Shown here: piece after piece, positions 14,127 to 21,882 of the stretch | Position numbering within the stretch: position 1 is the stretch's first letter | Layout of the letters: each line of letters starts with the position of its first letter | Source of the DNA: Gemmatimonadota bacterium | GTDB taxonomy: Bacteria; Gemmatimonadota; Gemmatimonadetes; Longimicrobiales; RSA9 | Assembly (NCBI GenBank): GCA_040905425.1 | Contig: JBBDRO010000083.1 | Location: forward strand, 1 to 21,882 | Direction of reading: 5' to 3' | DNA length: 21,882 nucleotides | Position numbers and translations under genes: made by a program | Notes under the pieces: generated by a model | Databases searched by the model: none | What the model was told of the DNA's origin: nothing | The model's input: the letters and a program-made list of their open reading frames with translations, nothing else

Positions 14127-14927
14127 CTAATCCGCGCCGAGCAGCGCGGACCAGCCGCCGTCCGCGAGCCGGAAGCCCGTGAAAAACCGGCCGAATTCGC
14201 CGTAGCGCGCGCTGGCCTCGTCGTAGCGTAGCTCGGTCACGATGCGCTTGAACTCGAGCGGGTCCCTGGCGTAGAGCGTCACGCCCCACTCCCAGTCGTC
14301 GAAGCCCACGGCGCCGGTGATGACCTGGAAGATCTTGCCCGCGTACCGACGCGCCGACATGCCGTGCTCCCGCATGAGGCGGTTCCGCTCCGCCACGGGC
14401 AGGGAATACCAGTTGTCGGGATGCACACGCCGCTTGTTCATGGGATAGAAGCACACGTAGCGGAAGGCTTCCGGCACCTCCGGATACAGCCGCGTCCGTA
14501 CGTGCGGACTGGCCGCCTCCGCCGCCGACTGCTCCTCGATGACCTGATTGAACGCCTCCGAGCCGTGGGGGCCGGCCTCCGCCGCTTCCGCCGTGGCGCC
14601 GTAGAGACCGGCCTCGGTCACGGACGTGAAGTCGTACACCAGGCTGGAGGCGGCCCACAGGCGGGAGCGGCGCACGGCCAGTTCCGCCTGGCCGAGCGCG
14701 TCCAGCGTCTCGCGGAAATGGACCAGCATGACGTCACCGCCGCCGCCCACGAGCTGGTAGGCGGCGCTCCAGCCGCCCCCGGCCGGTGCGTCCGGGACGA
14801 GGCCGGGAGCCTCCGCCAGGGCGGCCCGGCCGGCGGCTTCCAGGGCGCCGAGCGCGCCCCGGTCGAAGGTGATCACCTGGTGGAGGGCGTACCACCCCTC
14901 CAGCGTGGCGGGTGCTATCTCGGGCAT
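14127..14927 (-). CDS. chdC: Coproheme decarboxylase (ChdC/HemQ, chlorite dismutase superfamily)
   Basis: N-terminal TLEGWYALH, YVCFYPMNKRR (catalytic Tyr, Met, Lys), NWY.LP..ER..LMREHG (proximal His), YAGK..QVITG, DDWEWGVTL, YDEASARYGEFG.F. Confidence 0.88.
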   Translation of the reverse strand: MPEIAPATLEGWYALHQVITFDRGALGALEAAGRAALAEAPGLVPDAPAGGGWSAAYQLVGGGGDVMLVHFRETLDALGQAELAVRRSRLWAASSLVYDFTSVTEAGLYGATAEAAEAGPHGSEAFNQVIEEQSAAEAASPHVRTRLYPEVPEAFRYVCFYPMNKRRVHPDNWYSLPVAERNRLMREHGMSARRYAGKIFQVITGAVGFDDWEWGVTLYARDPLEFKRIVTELRYDEASARYGEFGRFFTGFRLADGGWSALLGAD

Positions 14928-14964
14928 GGGCCGACTTTCTCTTCAACGGTGAACGTGATGGGGG

Positions 14965-14993
14965 ATTGTCGGGGCGCGGGAGGCGGACCGCAA
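14965..14993 (-). promoter_or_regulatory. sigma70-like promoter TTGCGG-N17-GACAAT for chdC, embedded in a GC-rich inverted repeat (14973-15005)
   Basis: -35 at 14988-14993, -10 at 14965-14970. The GGCGCGGGA...TCCCGCGCC repeat follows the stop of the upstream gene. Confidence 0.5.
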
Positions 14994-15011
14994 GCGTCCC
15001 GCGCCACCCGC

Positions 15012-17102
15012 TCACATCACCGATCTTCCGGGTGGCGGGGCCAGCCGCACGGCCCAGAGGCCGCTATTGGTGTCGGTGAAGAAGACGTGCCCCTTATGCG
15101 GCATGGCGCTCCATACCATGGTGGAGTTGGGCACGAAGCCCTGCGGATCGAACGCCTTGAAGGCGGCCATCTCCCGCCCCTGCGTGTAGAGGTTGCCCAT
15201 GAGCTCGCCGGAGACGTCCACCACCCGCAGGCCGCCCTCGTAGTAGCCCTGGTAGAGCACGTCATCCTCCACCCAGATGTTGTGCGTGCCGTACTCGCTC
15301 ACCTCGTAGCGCGCCACCATCTCCGGCTGCTCCGGGTGGGTGAAGTCGATGACCTGGATGTGGCCCGTGGTGCCCAGGGGCACGCCGCCCTGCGGGTTCT
15401 CGGGGCTCCAGGGCACGCTGTAGGTACCGGGCGGGCTCTCCAGCGCCAGCCCGCGGCGGTTCATGATCTCGTCCCCCACAAAGACGTAGTATTTGCCCGT
15501 GCTCGCCTGCTTGTAGGGGAAGGCGGCATGCGTGCGCCCCGTGGGAAGGGGGTAGCTGGTGACGAAGGTGGGGTTCTCCACGCTGCCGCCCCAGCGGCCG
15601 TCCCCCACGTCCGTCACCACGAGTCCGGTGCCCCATTCGGCGGTGAAGGCCAGGCCGTCCAGCACCCACACGTCGTGCACGCGCGAATCCGGGTGATCGT
15701 ACTCGCCCACCTGCCGCGGCGCGTAGAGGTCCGTGACGTCCAGGATGACGTACTTGTCTCCGCCGCTCAGGGCAAAGACGTGCGTGTCCGTGGGGAAGGC
15801 GTTGTGCACGCCGCCCGTGAGGTTCTCCGTCACCTCGGCGGCGATCCTGGGGTGGGCGGGGTCGGCCAGGTCCAGGATGACCACGCCGTTGCGCCGGTCG
15901 CTGGCGCCCTCCCGCGTCATGGTGGCATAGCGGCCGTCGGGGCTCACCTTGACGTCATTGATGGTGCGCGCGTCCGCCTGGATGGAGTCCGTCTTCACGA
16001 GGTTTGCGGGATCCGTGACGTCCCACATGAAGGCGTGCCCGTCCGCCAGCTTGGAGCCGGTGATGGCGTAGTCACGGCCGTCCACCCCCTCGAAGACCCA
16101 GAAGTCGGTGGTGCGGAAACGGCTCGTGCTGCCCATTCCCGTCACGTCCAGCGCGCGCACCACGTCCCGCGCCGCAGCCTGGAAGGTGTGGCGCGCCGTC
16201 AGGGAGCCCGCCGTGGCCAGCACGGTGTAGGTGCCGGGCACGTCCACCACCACCTTGCCGTCCCGCACCTGGCCCGGCGCCCCGGGGCCCAGGACGTCCG
16301 GCGGCGCCTGGTAGCTGATGGCCCACATGACGGGGAGGTCCGCCACCACCGCGCCGTCCGGCGTGCGTGCCGTGGCCGTGAGCGTCTGTACGTCCCCCGT
16401 GCGTACCCGCGCCTCTCCTCCGGTAATGCTAAGCGACGACGCCGCCAACGCCGCCACGCGGTGCTCCACGCTCCCGGCCGCGCCGCCCGCGCGGGCCGTG
16501 ATGGTGACCGTGCCCGGCCGGTGCGCTGTGACGTTGCCGAACGCGTCCACCGTGGCCACGGCCTCGTCGGAACTGCTCCAGCGGATGTCGGCGCCCGGGC
16601 GCTCGCTACCGTCCGCGTGCTGCGCACGCGCCATGTGCCCCAGGGTGGTGCCGGCGTAGAGGCGGCCCTCCCGCGGCGTGAGCGCCACCGTGGCCACGGC
16701 GGGCCACTCCACCCGCACGTCCACGGCCAGCGTGAGGGGCTCCCCCGCACCGGCGGCGGAGGGTGCCGAGGCCGCCACCGTGTGCTCGCCGGGCGTCAGG
16801 CCCACCAGATAGCCATCACCGATGCGCACCGCGCCGCGCGGACCACTCACGCGTACGGGCGCGTCCACCACATTGCCCGCGGCGTCCAGCGCCACCACGC
16901 GGAAGGGCACGCTGTCCCCGCGCGTCACCCGCAGCTGGGCCGGCCGCGCCTCCAGGCGGGCGATGGCGCCCTGCTGGGCCGCCAGCGGAGCGGCGGTCAG
17001 CGGCGGGGCGGCCAGGGCGGCCAGGGCGGCCAGGATAGCCACGGCGGCCAGGGTCGGGCGCGGCGCGGCTACCGCGCGCGCAGGCGAGCAGGGGTACGGC
17101 AT
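15012..17102 (-). CDS. Secreted protein with bacterial Ig-like (Big_2) domains and a C-terminal LVIVD-repeat beta-propeller
   Basis: ATG 17102 with AGGAG RBS; signal ending PLAA-Q; WSSSDEAVATVDAFGNVTA (Big_2); repeats GVVILDLADPAHP, YVILDVTD, GLVVTDV, YYEGGLRVVDVS. Confidence 0.85.
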   Translation of the reverse strand: MPYPCSPARAVAAPRPTLAAVAILAALAALAAPPLTAAPLAAQQGAIARLEARPAQLRVTRGDSVPFRVVALDAAGNVVDAPVRVSGPRGAVRIGDGYLVGLTPGEHTVAASAPSAAGAGEPLTLAVDVRVEWPAVATVALTPREGRLYAGTTLGHMARAQHADGSERPGADIRWSSSDEAVATVDAFGNVTAHRPGTVTITARAGGAAGSVEHRVAALAASSLSITGGEARVRTGDVQTLTATARTPDGAVVADLPVMWAISYQAPPDVLGPGAPGQVRDGKVVVDVPGTYTVLATAGSLTARHTFQAAARDVVRALDVTGMGSTSRFRTTDFWVFEGVDGRDYAITGSKLADGHAFMWDVTDPANLVKTDSIQADARTINDVKVSPDGRYATMTREGASDRRNGVVILDLADPAHPRIAAEVTENLTGGVHNAFPTDTHVFALSGGDKYVILDVTDLYAPRQVGEYDHPDSRVHDVWVLDGLAFTAEWGTGLVVTDVGDGRWGGSVENPTFVTSYPLPTGRTHAAFPYKQASTGKYYVFVGDEIMNRRGLALESPPGTYSVPWSPENPQGGVPLGTTGHIQVIDFTHPEQPEMVARYEVSEYGTHNIWVEDDVLYQGYYEGGLRVVDVSGELMGNLYTQGREMAAFKAFDPQGFVPNSTMVWSAMPHKGHVFFTDTNSGLWAVRLAPPPGRSVM

Positions 17103-17137
17103 GGGCAACGGCTCCTGTGGGAGGGATACGAAGTCTG

Positions 17138-17166
17138 AGGATGGGCGCGGGCCGCGCGCCGTGCAA
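17138..17166 (-). promoter_or_regulatory. sigma70-like promoter TTGCAC-N17-CATCCT
   Basis: -35 at 17161-17166, -10 at 17138-17143, upstream of the Ig/LVIVD gene. Confidence 0.4.
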
Positions 17167-17206
17167 GGGTGCCGGCGCGGGGACGTCGCTTGCAAGAGAA
17201 GGCGCT

Positions 17207-18880
17207 TCAGGCCCGAACCGCCGGCCGCACCACCTGTCCCGGCCGCTCCGCCGTCCGCTCCCCCTCCCGCAGCACGAAGGAGCCGTTGACCAGCACGTGC
17301 TCGATACCCACCGGGTACTGGAAGGGCTCCTCGAAGGTGGCGCGGTCGGCCACCGTGGCCGGATCGAAGACCACCAGGTCCGCTGCCATACCAGGCGCGA
17401 TCCGGCCGCGCTCCGCCAGGCGTAGGCGCGCCGCGGGCATGCCGCTCATCTTATGCACGGCCGCCTCCAGCGTGAGCGCTCCGGTCTCACGCACGTAGTG
17501 GCCGAGCACGCGCGGGAAGGTGCCGAAGGAGCGCGGGTGGGGGGCGCCGCTGGCCCGGTCCACCGCCATGGCCGAGCCGTCCGAGCAGATCATGCCGAGC
17601 GGATGGGCCAGGATGCGTGCCGTGTTCTCCTCACTCATGCCGAAGCCCACCATGCCGCCGCCGCCCTCCGCCATGAGCTGCAGGAGCAGCGCGTACGGCT
17701 CGGCGCCGCGCTCGGCGGCCAGGGCGCCCAGCCGGCGGCCCCGCGCCCACGCCACCGCGGCGCTCCCCGGGGAGGTGACCTGCACCGCGTCCCAGGAGCC
17801 GAGCTGCGCGATCTTGTCCCGTACCGCGACCTCGATGCGCGGCGCCTGGGCGGGATCCCCGAGGCGGGCCTGGAAGGCCGCGTTGCCGCCCTCGCGCGCC
17901 CACACCGGGAAGAGGTTGGAGAGGCCGGTGCTGTACGCCACGTACGGGTAGCGATCGAAGGTCACGTCCACACCGGCGGCGCTGCGCGCCTCCAGGAGGT
18001 CGAGCACCTGCTCGGCCTTCCACCAGTTGCGCTCGCCCTGCGCCTTGAGGTGGGAGATGTGCACGGGTGCGCCCGCGCGAGCGCTCACGAAGAGCGCCTC
18101 CTCCACCGCGGCCAGCAGGGCGTCATCCTCGTTGCGCATGTGGGAGGCGTAGGGCAGGCCGCGCCGCCCGGCCGGCGCCGCCAGCGCCGCCAGCTCGTTG
18201 CGGTCGGCAAAGGCGCCCGGCGTGTACTCCAGTCCGCTCGAGATGCCCACGGCGCCGCCCGCCAGCGCCGCCTCCACCAGCGCCACCATGCGTCCCAGCT
18301 CCGCCTCCGTGGCGGGCCGATCCTGGTTGCCGATCACGTGGCCGCGCACCGTCCCCGCGCCCACCATGCTGGCAAAGTTCACGGCGGCGGGGTGGCGCTC
18401 GAGCGTGCGCAGGAAGCCGGGCAGGCTGCTGAAATCCCCCTCGATGCCCCGCTCCGCCCAGCGGGCGCGGGCGCGCTCCGCCGCCGCCATGCCCGTGGGG
18501 CCCTCGGAGCCGCCGTCCTGGCCGGCCACCTCGAGCGTCACGCCCTGGCGCACCTTGCTCTCGGCACGGGGGTCGGAGAGCAGTTCGGTGTCCGTGTGCG
18601 AGTGGATGTCGATGAAGCCGGGCGCCAGCACCCGGCCGGCGATGTCCACGGTCTCGGCGCCCTCGGCCGACAGCCCGGGGCCCACGGCCGCGATGCGGCC
18701 GCCCCGCACGAGCACATCGGCCTCGAAGCCGGGGGCGCCCGTGCCGTCCACCACCAGGCCGCCGCGCAGGAGGAGGTCTGCCCGCCGGACCCGCGTGCCG
18801 AGCGCGCTGATCGAGCCGGGGGCCAGCGCCGTGCCTGTCAGCGCCAGGCCCGCGCGGGCCACGAAGGTGCGGCGTCTCAC
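17207..18880 (-). CDS. N-acyl-D-amino-acid deacylase (D-aminoacylase, amidohydrolase family) with a Tat signal
   Basis: GTG 18880 overlaps the S9 stop (GTGA); RRRTFVARAG twin-arginine signal; PGFIDIHSHTD, GISSGLEYTPG, YASHMRNE, HISHLK, FDRYPY, ICSDG, PHPRSFGTFPRVLG. Confidence 0.92.
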   Translation of the reverse strand: MRRRTFVARAGLALTGTALAPGSISALGTRVRRADLLLRGGLVVDGTGAPGFEADVLVRGGRIAAVGPGLSAEGAETVDIAGRVLAPGFIDIHSHTDTELLSDPRAESKVRQGVTLEVAGQDGGSEGPTGMAAAERARARWAERGIEGDFSSLPGFLRTLERHPAAVNFASMVGAGTVRGHVIGNQDRPATEAELGRMVALVEAALAGGAVGISSGLEYTPGAFADRNELAALAAPAGRRGLPYASHMRNEDDALLAAVEEALFVSARAGAPVHISHLKAQGERNWWKAEQVLDLLEARSAAGVDVTFDRYPYVAYSTGLSNLFPVWAREGGNAAFQARLGDPAQAPRIEVAVRDKIAQLGSWDAVQVTSPGSAAVAWARGRRLGALAAERGAEPYALLLQLMAEGGGGMVGFGMSEENTARILAHPLGMICSDGSAMAVDRASGAPHPRSFGTFPRVLGHYVRETGALTLEAAVHKMSGMPAARLRLAERGRIAPGMAADLVVFDPATVADRATFEEPFQYPVGIEHVLVNGSFVLREGERTAERPGQVVRPAVRA

Positions 18881-21780
18881 GGCGTCCCGCCCCCGCCGCC
18901 CGTGCCGCCTGCCTCGCCCGTGCCGCCTGCGCCGCCTGCGCCGCCGCCCGCGCCGCCGCCCCCCATCCCGCCGGCCGCGCCCGCGGTGGTGGCCGCGCTG
19001 TCCGGCTCGGCCACGTGCACCGGCACGATGGCGCGCTCGTCCTTGTCGATATAGCGCTCGCCGTACTCGATCCACGCCGCCCTGGGCTCCCCCTTCAGGT
19101 GGTGGCCGTAGAACTGCTCCATGCGCGTCAGGAAATCCAGCTGGTTCTCCAGCTTGCGCAGCCCGTGCCCCTCCTCCGGATAGGAGAGGAAGATGACCGG
19201 CTTCCGGTTGAAGCGGAGCGCGTTGTAGAACTCCATGCCCTGGTTGTACTCCACGATGTCGTCACTCTCCCCGTGCATGTAGAGCAGGGGAGTGTCCATG
19301 GTGGTCACGCCCGAGATGGGGGACTGGTCCCAGTAGACGTCGAAGTCATCGTACGGGTTGGTGCCGTAGCGGCCCTGGCCGTGGATGTCGTAGCGGTGGT
19401 TGTTCTGCCCGCTGCCCCGGAAGAGGATGTTGAACTCGCCCACCAGGTTGATGGGTGCGGCGCCCGCCACGATGGCGCCGAACATGGTGGAGCGGGTGGC
19501 AATGTAGGAGGCGCCGCCGCCGCTGTAGCTGTGGCCGTGCAGCCCCACCGCATTCGGGTCGGCGTAGCCCAGCTCGATCACCTTGCGCACGGCGGCCTCC
19601 AGGCATTCCAGCATGTCCGAGTGCGAGGAGCCGCCCCGGAAGTGCACGTCCGGCTGCATGACCAGGTAGCCGTTGCTCACGTAGGCCGCGAACTGCGGCG
19701 AGTGGCGGTAGGTGGGGGTTGGGTACGCGTGCAGGTTCTGCGAGTACTTCTCGTAGAACTGCACGATCATGGGCAGGCGCTGTCCGGGCTGCCAGCTGTC
19801 CGGGATGGCCAGCGTGCCCTGCAGGCGTACCCCGTCGGCGTTGGTGTAGTCGAAGAGGATGCGCCGGCCCCAGGCGTACTCCTCCTGCTGCGGATTGGCC
19901 TCGGTCACCACCACCGGATCCCGGAAGTCCAGACCGGCCACGCGCAGATCCGGGTACTGCTGCCAGCTCTGCTCCGTGAAGAGCACCCGGTCGGCGTGCT
20001 CCGCCTTGGCGGGCGTGTTGTAGCGGTGCGCGCCGTAGACCAGAGCCTCCAGCCGATTGCCCGCCAGCCGATAGAAGCCGGCGTCCTTGGTCCACTGGCC
20101 GAAGGCCGACAGCAGCAGCGGCTCGGAGAGATCCACGAAATGCTCCTCCGGATCCAGGCGCACGTAACGGAAGCGGATCTCCCGTTCCGCGCCCACGCCG
20201 CGGGTCAGATTCGTGGCCCGGCCGCCGTCGAAGGGGACCAGCCAGAGGTCATACTGGTGCTCCAGGATCACGCCGCGGCCGTCCTTGGCCCAGCCGGCCA
20301 CGCCATAGGGCGGCCGCTCACCGATGTAGTCCCACTCCCGGTTGGAGAAGTCCTGCCCGGTAGCTGAGGTCAGATCCACGTGCCGGTCGGCGGGAATGTC
20401 GTAGCCGTGCACCTGCCCGTCCCGCCAGTAGAGGAACCAGCGGGAATCGGGAGACAGGCCGAGCGTGGCGTGATGGGCCGTGAGGAAGGGGGTGCGCTCG
20501 CCGGTGCGGGTGTCCACCCGGTAGTAATCGGCCCGGCTCTCCTCCCAGTCGGAGAGGTAGGCGCGGTCGTCGGAGGCCACCCCCCAGCGCCCGTCGCGGG
20601 TGAGTTGCAGGCGGCTCACGGTGGTGTCGGTGAGCTGGACAATGCTGCCCCGCTCCAGATGCAGCGCGGCGCGGTCGGTCCGGTTCCGGTCGGCCGTAGC
20701 CGTGCGCGCCTGCACGGTCTGGATGCGCGGGTCGTTCCAGTGGAAGACGTTCACGTCGGAGGTCTTCTGCCAGGCGTCCTCGTCTTCCTCCTCCTCGACT
20801 TCCTGTTCCTTGATGCCGAAGAAAAGCACGGTATCGTCCAGGCTCCAGTCGAGCGAGGCGTGCTGGCTGGGCACGTGATCGGCCGGCAGGCCGGGCGTGC
20901 CCTCGAGCACCTCCACACGGCCAGGCGTCCTGCCCGGCGCCATGCCGGTGAAGGCCAGCAGCGTGTTGGGCCGCTGCGCGAGCGAGTCGGCGTCGCTGCC
21001 GCGCAGCACGGCCAGCGCCGTGCCCTCCTCGGACCAAGTGAGCCGGGCGAATGTGGTGGCGGCGTTGTCCAGCGGGCGGTGGACGCTCCTGCCGAGTTCC
21101 ACCACATAGAGCCCGTTGCCGCCCTGGTCGGCCGCGTCCACTGTGTAGGCCAGGAGCGTTCCCGGCTTGTTGAAGGCGTGGTCGGATACGGAGCCCAGCA
21201 GCTGCTCGGTACCGGCGGCCAGGTCCCGCAGGATGAGGTCCGCGCCGTCGTGGTCCGGTTCCGGCTCGGGGCGTGCCTTGCGGATGACCAGGTGGCTGGA
21301 GCCACGCGCGAATTCGAAGCTGTCCGCGTCCTCCCAGCCCACCTGGTCGCCCGTTTCCAGATCCATCAGCTCGGCTCGCCGTGGCACCGGCTTCCGGTCC
21401 TCCTCCAGCTTCTCCACCTCCGCGAAAGGCGGCGCCACCAGGTAGGCCACCCACCGCCCGTCGTCCGAGAAGGCGGGCCGCGAGCCGCGCGGCACGACGT
21501 GCTCCCGGCCGCTCTCCACGTGCCGGATGCGCAGGTCATCGTCGCGGCGGAGTTGCGTGTAGCTCCACGCCACCCACGCGCCGTCGGCCGACAGCGCCGG
21601 GGAGGCGATCGAGCGCCAGCGTGCGTAGTCGGCTATGGGGAGGGCGCGTGGCGCCGCGGCCGCGGCGGCCGCCGGGGGTTCCTGGGCATGGGCGGGAGGC
21701 GGCGCCAGCAGGATGCAGGCTGCCGCGGGGATCAGGACCAGCCGCGTGCGCCAGCGCGGCGCGAAGGTACGAACGTACAT
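18877..21780 (-). CDS. Secreted S9 (prolyl oligopeptidase / dipeptidyl aminopeptidase-like) serine peptidase, 967 aa, with a Gly-rich C-terminal tail
   Basis: Signal ending AHA-Q; propeller repeats (LSADGAWVA, FSDDGRWVAY, LSPDSRW); catalytic GHSYSG, HGESDD and YPEEGHGL; GGAG RBS. Confidence 0.93.
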   Translation of the reverse strand: MYVRTFAPRWRTRLVLIPAAACILLAPPPAHAQEPPAAAAAAAPRALPIADYARWRSIASPALSADGAWVAWSYTQLRRDDDLRIRHVESGREHVVPRGSRPAFSDDGRWVAYLVAPPFAEVEKLEEDRKPVPRRAELMDLETGDQVGWEDADSFEFARGSSHLVIRKARPEPEPDHDGADLILRDLAAGTEQLLGSVSDHAFNKPGTLLAYTVDAADQGGNGLYVVELGRSVHRPLDNAATTFARLTWSEEGTALAVLRGSDADSLAQRPNTLLAFTGMAPGRTPGRVEVLEGTPGLPADHVPSQHASLDWSLDDTVLFFGIKEQEVEEEEDEDAWQKTSDVNVFHWNDPRIQTVQARTATADRNRTDRAALHLERGSIVQLTDTTVSRLQLTRDGRWGVASDDRAYLSDWEESRADYYRVDTRTGERTPFLTAHHATLGLSPDSRWFLYWRDGQVHGYDIPADRHVDLTSATGQDFSNREWDYIGERPPYGVAGWAKDGRGVILEHQYDLWLVPFDGGRATNLTRGVGAEREIRFRYVRLDPEEHFVDLSEPLLLSAFGQWTKDAGFYRLAGNRLEALVYGAHRYNTPAKAEHADRVLFTEQSWQQYPDLRVAGLDFRDPVVVTEANPQQEEYAWGRRILFDYTNADGVRLQGTLAIPDSWQPGQRLPMIVQFYEKYSQNLHAYPTPTYRHSPQFAAYVSNGYLVMQPDVHFRGGSSHSDMLECLEAAVRKVIELGYADPNAVGLHGHSYSGGGASYIATRSTMFGAIVAGAAPINLVGEFNILFRGSGQNNHRYDIHGQGRYGTNPYDDFDVYWDQSPISGVTTMDTPLLYMHGESDDIVEYNQGMEFYNALRFNRKPVIFLSYPEEGHGLRKLENQLDFLTRMEQFYGHHLKGEPRAAWIEYGERYIDKDERAIVPVHVAEPDSAATTAGAAGGMGGGGAGGGAGGAGGTGEAGGTGGGGGTP

Positions 21781-21811
21781 GGTAGAATCTCCGGAACGGG
21801 TGAGCTTCCGA

Positions 21812-21841
21812 AGAGTAGCGCGCGGCCCGGACGGTGAGCAA
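21812..21841 (-). promoter_or_regulatory. sigma70-like promoter TTGCTC-N18-TACTCT for the S9 / D-aminoacylase unit
   Basis: -35 at 21836-21841, -10 at 21812-21817, 31 nt upstream of ATG 21780. Confidence 0.5.
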
Positions 21842-21882
21842 CGGTTCGGCAGCGGATCGGGGACGGCAATGAAGCCGCGCCT

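Noticed and set aside
17008..17053. Tandem GGCGGCCAG 9-mers
   Set aside because: They encode LAA repeats in a signal peptide; not a CRISPR array or independent repeat element.
17162..17174. CGGCACCCTTGCA on the minus strand as a sigma54 promoter
   Set aside because: GG to GC spacing is 7, not the required 10.
18881..19075. ORF-track N-terminal extension of the D-aminoacylase with a poly-Arg tract
   Set aside because: It is the alternate-frame reading of the S9 Gly-rich tail; the Tat signal and GTGA overlap place the start at 18880.
12597..21837. Long plus-strand ORFs (12597..14231, 14364..17138, 17453..19054, 19015..20367, 20380..21837)
   Set aside because: Antisense shadows of well-supported minus-strand genes, expected in high-GC DNA; no recognisable motifs.

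Overview
High-GC bacterial chromosomal DNA. The gene repertoire (a 6-bladed beta-propeller lipoprotein with a VRDSAGVQIVEN start, an Ig/LVIVD protein, a large secreted S9 peptidase) suggests Gemmatimonadota; this is an inference. Left to right: (1) a minus-strand BlaI repressor / sensor-less BlaR1(M56) / secreted beta-lactamase-family serine hydrolase cluster, with two matching TTACA-N2-TGTAA operators; (2) a divergent Zn-dependent secondary alcohol dehydrogenase preceded by a G-free C-rich leader and an intrinsic terminator; (3) a YtrA-type operon (propeller lipoprotein, GntR, ABC ATPase, permease) with its own promoter/operator, followed by a DUF971 gene; (4) a perfect 28-bp AT-rich palindrome between convergent genes; (5) a secreted His-repeat protein and a DSD1/D-threonine-aldolase-family PLP enzyme; (6) two hypothetical genes and a stand-alone tRNA-Ala(TGC); (7) a minus-strand run: small lipoprotein, sigma54-promoted Ig/leishmanolysin-like metallopeptidase, coproheme decarboxylase ChdC/HemQ, Ig+LVIVD protein, Tat-exported D-aminoacylase and S9 peptidase. 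No integrase, transposase, CRISPR array or rRNA was seen. The best candidates for undescribed biology are the adh leader RNA, the 28-bp palindrome, the Bla-like regulon with a sensor-less M56, and the His-repeat protein.
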